DNA from: an uncultured virus (IMG/VR IMGVR_UViG_3300028608_000013)
Lineage: Duplodnaviria; Heunggongvirae; Uroviricota; Caudoviricetes
IMG/VR virus record: IMGVR_UViG_3300028608_000013
Reading direction: 5' to 3' (one strand)
Length of the DNA: 64,000 bases
Below, piece after piece: positions 57,117-64,000 of this stretch. A program made the position numbers and the translations under genes. Numbering within the stretch: position 1 is the stretch's first letter; each line of letters opens with the position of its first letter. The notes beneath the pieces are model-generated. The model was given only the letters and a program-made list of their open reading frames with translations. It had not been told where the DNA came from and did not search any database.

Positions 57117-59378
57117 TCAGTTATCGGTGTCGGTGACGCCGTAGAAGGTAGGTGGAACGAGCAGCGGTGCGATTGCTTCCGGCAAGAGTTCCCCGTAGTA
57201 AGTCACTGGGATCTCGTACGCGTCTTCAGGCTCCAACTCCCCGTAGTAAGTTCCAGGGATAACCTTCGGATCGAGCGCACCATCAGGCAGGATGCGGAAG
57301 TAGCTGTTGTCATACAGCTTCAGCGCATTTTGTCGCAGGTCATTACTCAGGTTAACCGACTTGAAGATGTCGTGCGTGATGATCTTGATACTCATCTCGC
57401 TGTCAGCTACCAACACCGGATCAGGGTTGCTAATGATCGGGGTATTGACTTCCAGGGCATGGATGGTGTCCATGTTGGAATGCTGGGTAATCATGACGTT
57501 GGTGAAATCGCCATAGCTACCATTACCGAGGCCCACCCAACGGGAATCACCGATGAAGGTCTCGTTGACCAATTCCACCCCATCAGTACCGTCATTGATG
57601 TTCTTCACGATATGGATCGTGTAGGACGACAACTCAGACATGATGTCAATCAGATCACTCTGCTTAACCCGTGTCGACGGCGTTTGGTTGGTATCCCACC
57701 CGGTTACCCGCTTAAAGATATCCCAGGAGAAGTTACGCGCTTCAGCGGCGGTGTAGTCAGTGAAGTCCAACTCGTAGTTTTTAAGCAGCGAGTCGTAATC
57801 CACGTAGTTGGTCAGCTTGACAATACCCGAAGTGTACATCAGCTTGCAGCTGTTCTTCACCCTTGCCCGTTTGTTCAGGTCATAGAACTGACTGTAAAGC
57901 TTCTTGTGGTTCCACATCGCCCGGTAGACTTCCGTGGAGTACTGGATCAGATAATCCGGTGCCACGAAGGACGTTGTAGGGATCCACAGCTTCTGGATGT
58001 CAGCGGCAACATAGGGACGGATGAAATCGGGACCGCCGATCTCAATGATCTCCTCAATGGTCGGTGGCTTGAGTTTCATCACGTTCTGGTAATAGGCCGG
58101 TTCGATCACCAGGGGATCATTACCCTTGGCGTACTCTACCAGGTATTTCCAGATGTAGAAGGCATCACCCACGGGCAGTCGGTACTGCTTACCGCTCTTG
58201 GGGTCTACCGTAATCACCTTGCCGTTGTAGACCTTCTTGCCTGCCAGATAGATCCACTCGTTGTACACCGTCTTCATCAATGTATCGATGTGTTTGTTGG
58301 TGTAGTCCATCATGGACGATTCAAGCGCCTTAGTTGGCAGCTCCGAGTGCAGACTGTACTTACCCTTGACCAGGGCATCATCTAGGTAGAAATCAGTCTG
58401 GTCGTAGTTATCCTTAGCCATGATCTGTTGCTTGTTGATCATAGCCAGGGTGTCGATAAACGTGGCGGTGCGACCGTAGGTCTCTACCAGGTTCATCTGC
58501 ATACGACGATACAGCGGTGTAGGCGTCAGGTCTTCAAGCTGATTTTCGGTCGAGCTGACCACGTCGAATCGCGCCAGCGGAATGCGGGCAGGGGTCAACA
58601 GGTTCTTCATCAGCTTGTCAAACGTATACTGCTGACCTGGGTTATTGCGAACCCAAGCAATGTTACGAAACAACCACATCGTTTGCGTACGGGTCAAACT
58701 CGCCTTGTACTGCGAGAAGTCGCCGTAGGAATCGATGTGACTCCAGATAAAGAACTCATGGGTATGCCGCGTGTAACAGTCTTCCAGGCGAATCGAATGG
58801 ACCGCCCCGATAAGCATGGCGTACAGCTTTTCGAGCATCCACGGTAGAAACAAGTCATCCGTGGTGACGTAGTCTGACTCGAACGATTGCTTAACATCGC
58901 TGAGAACAAACTGCTGCAATTTGGGGATCAGTTGTTCCTCGTTCCAGAGCACTAGATTCTTATTGTAGCGCAGAATCTTATAGTCTTTGGCCGCGATGGT
59001 TTCAGAGTACGGGATCGGTGACAGTATGCCGTTAATCAACGCAGTCTGTCCCGGGTAGTCTTCCGCTAGACGGTTAAACCAATACCCGCCCCTGCTGTAC
59101 TCCCGGTTTGTTGCGAGGTGCAACTTCAGATTATCTTTGTTGAAAACAATCCGTTCACCAGTATCAATGGAGTTGATCCACATCACTGTATCAGTGTCGT
59201 GGTAGTCCCCATTGAGGTTCATGTAATAACGCCACGTCGTTTTGTCCGAGGCGACGGAATACCCAGCTTGTGTCAACACTAGGTTATCTCGTTCGGCCAA
59301 GGCCTCGATTTTGATAACCATGGTGCGAACTAGGCTGAAAGTGTCCGTGTGATACTTATCCAGATCGACACTATTCAT
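57117..59378 (-). CDS. Large virion (baseplate-like) structural protein, 753 aa
   Basis: TWRYYMNLNGDYH feature recalled from phiKZ-like structural proteins; divergent from the portal candidate; triple C-terminal repeat. Confidence 0.65.
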   Translation of the reverse strand: MNSVDLDKYHTDTFSLVRTMVIKIEALAERDNLVLTQAGYSVASDKTTWRYYMNLNGDYHDTDTVMWINSIDTGERIVFNKDNLKLHLATNREYSRGGYWFNRLAEDYPGQTALINGILSPIPYSETIAAKDYKILRYNKNLVLWNEEQLIPKLQQFVLSDVKQSFESDYVTTDDLFLPWMLEKLYAMLIGAVHSIRLEDCYTRHTHEFFIWSHIDSYGDFSQYKASLTRTQTMWLFRNIAWVRNNPGQQYTFDKLMKNLLTPARIPLARFDVVSSTENQLEDLTPTPLYRRMQMNLVETYGRTATFIDTLAMINKQQIMAKDNYDQTDFYLDDALVKGKYSLHSELPTKALESSMMDYTNKHIDTLMKTVYNEWIYLAGKKVYNGKVITVDPKSGKQYRLPVGDAFYIWKYLVEYAKGNDPLVIEPAYYQNVMKLKPPTIEEIIEIGGPDFIRPYVAADIQKLWIPTTSFVAPDYLIQYSTEVYRAMWNHKKLYSQFYDLNKRARVKNSCKLMYTSGIVKLTNYVDYDSLLKNYELDFTDYTAAEARNFSWDIFKRVTGWDTNQTPSTRVKQSDLIDIMSELSSYTIHIVKNINDGTDGVELVNETFIGDSRWVGLGNGSYGDFTNVMITQHSNMDTIHALEVNTPIISNPDPVLVADSEMSIKIITHDIFKSVNLSNDLRQNALKLYDNSYFRILPDGALDPKVIPGTYYGELEPEDAYEIPVTYYGELLPEAIAPLLVPPTFYGVTDTDN

Positions 59379-59399
59379 AGTTTAACTCGTGAGGTTTAT

Positions 59400-62300
59400 A
59401 TGGATTTCGCAACGCGCGCCGCGACTAGAGGTAACAAGTCGGTCGACTACACCAGGATTCGTGAGAATATCAAGAATGTGTCGCCCGCTGTACAAGCTAC
59501 CCTGCGCAACGCAACGCCCAAGAATGGGGTCGCTCCTGATCGGGATGAAGTTGGTGGCACTAAGACCATCAACGAATACAAGCTTACAAGACTGAGCAAC
59601 ATTATCAGTAACAACATCAACTCGGCATATGACCTGCGGGCCATCACGCCGATGATTGATAAGGCCAACTTGATCTGGAACACGATCATCCTCTACCCTA
59701 ACGGGAAGCAGGACAAGATGTTGACCTACGACACCCAGAGCAGCAAAATTAAAAATGCGGCCATGCACACCAGCCTACTGGCCATCTGGGACGATTATTA
59801 CACCAATGACTATAAGATCGAGTCGCTTCTTAAGAAGATGCTCGACGATATCATGTGGAATACCGGGTCCTACGCGATCTTTAACCTGAGCCGTCCAGGC
59901 CTGGATTACTTGATCAACGGCTCCGAACTTGACCCATCCAAACGTGCTGGTAACGAAGAATTCCTCAAGGCTAAAACAGCCTTCGATGCTGAGTTCATCG
60001 CTACCCCTGATGGCAAGACCAAGGTCCGTAACAAGGGTCGTTTTGTTCGCAACCCTTATGCCACTGTTAAGGCTGCGTCGGTTGGCGGTATGGAAGCACT
60101 CTTCACCAGTGGTGCTGATACCCTCGAAGAAGAGTTCCCTATCTTCGACCCGAAGGAAGATGCCGAGAACAGCTGGGGCATTACCATTACCGATAACCCG
60201 GCCGTGCTCTACCTCCAGAAGTTCCAGGAGTCCAAGCGCGATCGTGACATCAAGTCGGTGATGGGTGCTGAGTCTTTCGACAACATCATCTCCTCTGCCA
60301 TGAAGTCTCAGTCTGACCGTGACGCTGAGCTGGCTAAGGCTCAGGAAGAGGCGGACAAGGAAGATAAGAAGAGCGGTAAGGGCAAGAAGGAACCTAAGGA
60401 GCCTAAAACTTCTAAGGACAAGGCTGAGCACGCTACCACTCAGAACCTGACTGAAGACCAGTTGAACCACCTGAACGCTACTGTGTTCAAGTCGCGCAAC
60501 ATCCGCTCTCAGTCGCTGCAATTCATCAAGTCGAATGACTCGTTGAGTGTGGCTCCTTATGGCCGTGGCCTGAGCTGGCACATCCCTTCTGAAGCGATCT
60601 TCCCGATCCACTTCAACGGCAGTAATGGCAAGATCGATGACTACATTATCCTGCTCGATCCAGAGACCGGTGAGTTCCTCAAGAACACTGATGACCCAGA
60701 GTTCTACCAGTCGCTGGCGAAGAACAAGGATGCAATCGGCAACAAGAACAAGATGGGTAGCGATAACTCGCTGATCTCCAGCTTGCGAGCCGTGCAGTCC
60801 GGTAGTCCTTGTGACTTCGATATGTCGGAGTTTGCGGACATGGCGCAGAAGAGCATTGTTCGTCAATTCATCTCTGCTGTTTATAGCGATAAGGGTAAGA
60901 ACATCAGCATTACCCTGGATGAGGAGGTCAACAAGATCTTCCTGTCTCGTATCTTCAAGAAGCAGGGCGTGCGTTGCTTGTACGTACCGGGTGAGGCTGT
61001 CTCTTACGGTGCTATCAAGTACAACCGTCTTGGCGTGGGTCAATCCCTGACTCAAGCTGCAAAGATGCACATCGCTCGTTTGGCGGCTTATGACGTCGCA
61101 GATGCCTTGGCTAACCTGGAAGCCGCTCAGCCTCATACCGAGATGGTTATTAACATCGAGAAGGAGGACTCGGACCCAGAACAAACCATTGCGATTGCGC
61201 GGGCCACCTTCTTTGACACTAACCCTAAGCTGCACTCTATCCTGTCGACGGCTCAGCTGTCGGTTCCCCAGGTAGTGGATGCGCTGCGGGAAGCGTCTCT
61301 GTCGGTTAAGGTTAACGCGGGTGACAACGTTCACTTGCCGACACCGGATATCACCACCCAGGGTAAACAGAAGGATAACTTCCACGCTGTGGACCAGGAC
61401 AGCCGTGACGCAGTAATGAACTCTATCTCCAACTACTTCAACCTGCCTCGTGCATGGCTGGACGTGGCTGACGATCAGAACAACTTCAAGATTGAAGCGG
61501 TTACTGAATATGAGATGGTATTCAACCAGGCGATCAACTGGCAGGAAATGATCTGTGACTTCTTGATTGACTTCCAGCGTAAGCACGCTCGTGTCAACGG
61601 TCCTCTGATGCAAGACCTTGTTCAGTGCATTCTGGACAACAAGAAACTCTGGGCACCTGACAGTAAAGAAGCTCTGGAAGGTAGTGACGAGGATAAGGTC
61701 AAGGTTATCTTGGCGGACTTCTTTACCTCGGTTTATTGCTACCTACCAGTGCCTACCAGCACGGAGTCGACTAACAAGCTGAAGGATAGCTTGGAGGCCG
61801 TAACAGCGCTGGTAGCGGCTTGGGAAGAGGCTGCGGGCAACAACGGTGTTCTGCCTCAGATCCTGAAGGCACTGGGGATCGAATCGGAAGACTTCAGTGA
61901 GACAGAGATCAAATCCATGGTCAAGTCGGCTCTGACGTCTGAAGCGTTCCGTCGGTTTAACTTGCCGATGCCGTTTGATGACATTGTTAACGAAGGTAAA
62001 GGTGGTGGTATTGCGTCTCTGGTACAGCAGATGCTGCATCAGCGTATCAACACTGCAAACTTCGTGGCAGACCTCATTGACGGGGTTACCGATTCCAACA
62101 AGAAACTACAGAAACAGTACTCTGATAAGTTGGCGAAGAAACTTGCGCCTCCTGAACCAGAAGTTCCTGAAGGTGAGGAAGGTGGTGGTGATGGGTTTAG
62201 TGCTGATGATAGCCCGGTTCCTGGACCTGATGATGCTCCTGTGGACGGCGATTCGAGCGCCGTTGATACGGACACTGATGCTCCTATCGATGGTGATGCT

Positions 62301-62462
62301 CCTCCTATGCCTGATGATGATGGGACTGGTGAGCCGGCTCCTGATGCGGACACGCCGCCTGCTGAAACGGATGAGCCGTCGGAAGACGACGCTCCACCAG
62401 CAGACGACAAAGCGCCAGGCGGGAAGAAGTTTGACCCGTTCAGCGGTAAAGAGCCAGAGTAA
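59400..62462 (+). CDS. Probable portal protein (phiKZ gp129-like)
   Basis: About 1020 aa; HIPSEAIFPIH, YIILLDPETGEFL, YNRLGVGQSL; long acidic Pro-rich tail; GAGG RBS; call rests on recalled similarity and position. Confidence 0.65.
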   Translation: MDFATRAATRGNKSVDYTRIRENIKNVSPAVQATLRNATPKNGVAPDRDEVGGTKTINEYKLTRLSNIISNNINSAYDLRAITPMIDKANLIWNTIILYPNGKQDKMLTYDTQSSKIKNAAMHTSLLAIWDDYYTNDYKIESLLKKMLDDIMWNTGSYAIFNLSRPGLDYLINGSELDPSKRAGNEEFLKAKTAFDAEFIATPDGKTKVRNKGRFVRNPYATVKAASVGGMEALFTSGADTLEEEFPIFDPKEDAENSWGITITDNPAVLYLQKFQESKRDRDIKSVMGAESFDNIISSAMKSQSDRDAELAKAQEEADKEDKKSGKGKKEPKEPKTSKDKAEHATTQNLTEDQLNHLNATVFKSRNIRSQSLQFIKSNDSLSVAPYGRGLSWHIPSEAIFPIHFNGSNGKIDDYIILLDPETGEFLKNTDDPEFYQSLAKNKDAIGNKNKMGSDNSLISSLRAVQSGSPCDFDMSEFADMAQKSIVRQFISAVYSDKGKNISITLDEEVNKIFLSRIFKKQGVRCLYVPGEAVSYGAIKYNRLGVGQSLTQAAKMHIARLAAYDVADALANLEAAQPHTEMVINIEKEDSDPEQTIAIARATFFDTNPKLHSILSTAQLSVPQVVDALREASLSVKVNAGDNVHLPTPDITTQGKQKDNFHAVDQDSRDAVMNSISNYFNLPRAWLDVADDQNNFKIEAVTEYEMVFNQAINWQEMICDFLIDFQRKHARVNGPLMQDLVQCILDNKKLWAPDSKEALEGSDEDKVKVILADFFTSVYCYLPVPTSTESTNKLKDSLEAVTALVAAWEEAAGNNGVLPQILKALGIESEDFSETEIKSMVKSALTSEAFRRFNLPMPFDDIVNEGKGGGIASLVQQMLHQRINTANFVADLIDGVTDSNKKLQKQYSDKLAKKLAPPEPEVPEGEEGGGDGFSADDSPVPGPDDAPVDGDSSAVDTDTDAPIDGDAPPMPDDDGTGEPAPDADTPPAETDEPSEDDAPPADDKAPGGKKFDPFSGKEPE

Positions 62463-62486
62463 GTAGCAAAAAAGAAACAGCTATAA

Positions 62487-62522
62487 CTAACCCTCCACTC
62501 CCGCAAAGGAGTGGAGGGTTAG
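62487..62522. terminator. Probable bidirectional terminator
   Basis: CTAACCCTCCACTCC-CGCAAA-GGAGTGGAGGGTTAG with an A-tract on the left. Confidence 0.8.
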
Positions 62523-62534
62523 CCTTATGGTTGC

Positions 62535-63179
62535 TTATTGTGCAGCAGGTTCGTCTTCAGCAGCAGGAGTTTCTGCTACTTTCTCGACTGGTGCTTGGCT
62601 TGCAGCAACCGAAGCACGCACACGGTCAGTCATTTCGACCAGAGCCATCAGGACTTCTTCGCCGTGTTCAGCGCTCAGGGTAGCTTCGAGGGATTCGAGG
62701 CTGTTGATGCTGTTGTAGCGCGCAACCAGATCTTCGTCGGTTGGGCCTTTTGCCGCCACTTCAACGATACGCTCTGGGCCAGGTACTTCAACCTCAACGG
62801 TCGCGCCGGTGAGGGTAGTGCGGGTCTTCAGCTCGTCCAGTGCGGCGGTGAACTCGTCAGCACCGGCAACATCAGTGGCCTGACCGGTCAGCAGAGTGGC
62901 GTAGGCGCTGATGAGCTGGTCCAGGCTGGTGATCGCGGAGACTTGGGCCAGGGCTTCTTCCAGGGTAACCAGAACTCGCTCAGGAGCGGCTGGTGCGGTG
63001 CGTTCAGCAGCAACAGCGATCAGACGTTCGCGAACGAGGTCGGTGAGTTGCTTGCCGAATGGTAGGCGGATGTTTTCGAAGCGCTTCTGGCGCTGGCCTT
63101 CCTGAACCAGACGGTGGCTCGCCAGGTGCTCGGCTACGTCGCCATTGGTAAGGTGCTCGTAATCTTTGCTGATGCTCAT
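62535..63179 (-). CDS. Ala/Glu-rich helical protein, monocistronic
   Basis: 214 aa; flanked by hairpins; CTATG motif upstream near 63236-63240. Confidence 0.7.
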   Translation of the reverse strand: MSISKDYEHLTNGDVAEHLASHRLVQEGQRQKRFENIRLPFGKQLTDLVRERLIAVAAERTAPAAPERVLVTLEEALAQVSAITSLDQLISAYATLLTGQATDVAGADEFTAALDELKTRTTLTGATVEVEVPGPERIVEVAAKGPTDEDLVARYNSINSLESLEATLSAEHGEEVLMALVEMTDRVRASVAASQAPVEKVAETPAAEDEPAAQ

Positions 63180-63297
63180 TGGTACGCTCTCTTTGGTTGC
63201 TGGAATAGTTGCTTAAAGAACAAAACGTTCTCTCCCATAGATTCTTTTAAACGAAAAAATAAAGGGGAGTTGCTACCCCGCCTAGGCGGGGTATGTA

Positions 63298-63855
63298 TTA
63301 CTCGTTTTCGAGGATCTCTTGCTGATCAGTTTTCTTCGCTACAAAGAAGAATACTGGATACCGGAATCGACTTACTGGGGCGCTATTGTTGATTCCCTTC
63401 AGTACCTTGTTGCCCTCTTCTGGGAATACAACCATGTGATTGTTAAACGTTGCGTCCTTGCTGTCCATTGCCGCACACTGCACACCCATGACTTCTTCGA
63501 ACATCTGTTGTGCGGTTAGCAGAGGTGGCCACCACTTTGGATAACAACCTTGACAGTACATCTTGGCCATCAGGTCGTGTACGTTCTTAACCAGCTCGTC
63601 TAGTTTGCTTTTGGCGTAACAGCCGTCAAGCGGATGGGTGAACGGTGTGCGTGGCAGCCCATCCGGGTAAAGCTTTAGCGTAGGACGAGTGCTTCCCTTC
63701 AAACGTTTCTGGATCTCCTCAACAAGCTCCGTACCACGCGGAGTTTCAACACCGTTGAAGATTGCCGGGGTAATGTCACTACGGGAAGTTGTGTAAGCAC
63801 CGAGGAGGTCTGCAAGATCCCGGTCTGGCAGGTTCTTAAAATCGTTGTCTTTCAT
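63298..63855 (-). CDS. Hypothetical protein
   Basis: 185 aa; followed by a hairpin at about 63274-63292. Confidence 0.65.
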   Translation of the reverse strand: MKDNDFKNLPDRDLADLLGAYTTSRSDITPAIFNGVETPRGTELVEEIQKRLKGSTRPTLKLYPDGLPRTPFTHPLDGCYAKSKLDELVKNVHDLMAKMYCQGCYPKWWPPLLTAQQMFEEVMGVQCAAMDSKDATFNNHMVVFPEEGNKVLKGINNSAPVSRFRYPVFFFVAKKTDQQEILENE

Positions 63856-64000
63856 GGGATGCTCTTTAATGAATAGTTGGCACGGTGGAGAAAATATAAA
63901 CAGGATCAGCGTAATGGTTTTCCTTCGGTTTAAGCAGGATAATCCAATCCCTGAAGGGCTGATGCCTGAAGAAGCTAGCGAACGTCCTAGGAAGACTCTC

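Noticed and set aside
59775..61613. 612-aa minus-strand ORF
   Set aside because: Shadow of the portal candidate. The same applies to 29422-30624, 40846-43569, 49530-50981, 55313-56710 and 57078-58385.
62140..62460. Low-complexity GAT/CCT-rich repeats
   Set aside because: They encode the acidic Pro-rich tail of the portal candidate and are not a separate element.
63856..64000. Feature at the right edge of the window
   Set aside because: Too little sequence to call.

Overview
This window comes from a phiKZ-related (Chimalliviridae-like) jumbo phage genome. The assignment rests on gene content and order, not on a database search. About 1.6-37.2 kb is a densely packed, almost entirely minus-strand early/accessory region. 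It is driven by at least eight copies of a phage-RNAP promoter motif (TTCA-N3-CTA[C/T]ATTA[C/T], resembling the phiKZ early TATATTAC). It holds many ORFans in small paralog families, a phage GroEL, a GNAT acetyltransferase and a nucleotide-processing cluster: an Acb1-like 2H phosphoesterase, a DHH phosphoesterase, RNase HI and a tandem pair of nucleotidyltransferase-like proteins, one apparently degenerate. About 37.2-62.5 kb is a core/virion module with an SbcC/Rad50 ATPase, central baseplate spike, three large paralogous tail-fibre-like proteins, an overlapping spanin-like pair, a holin candidate, RuvC, baseplate-like proteins and a probable portal. The window opens with tandem Kelch beta-propeller paralogs. 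The most unusual signals are an ORFan beginning with a near-exact copy of the EF-Tu HVNVGTxGHxDHG motif, the putative counter-defence nucleotide cluster, a short C-terminal motif shared by two distant probable virion proteins, and an early glycine-zipper membrane protein with a probable internal start. I saw no tRNA, rRNA, CRISPR array or IS element. All product calls come from motif recognition by eye.
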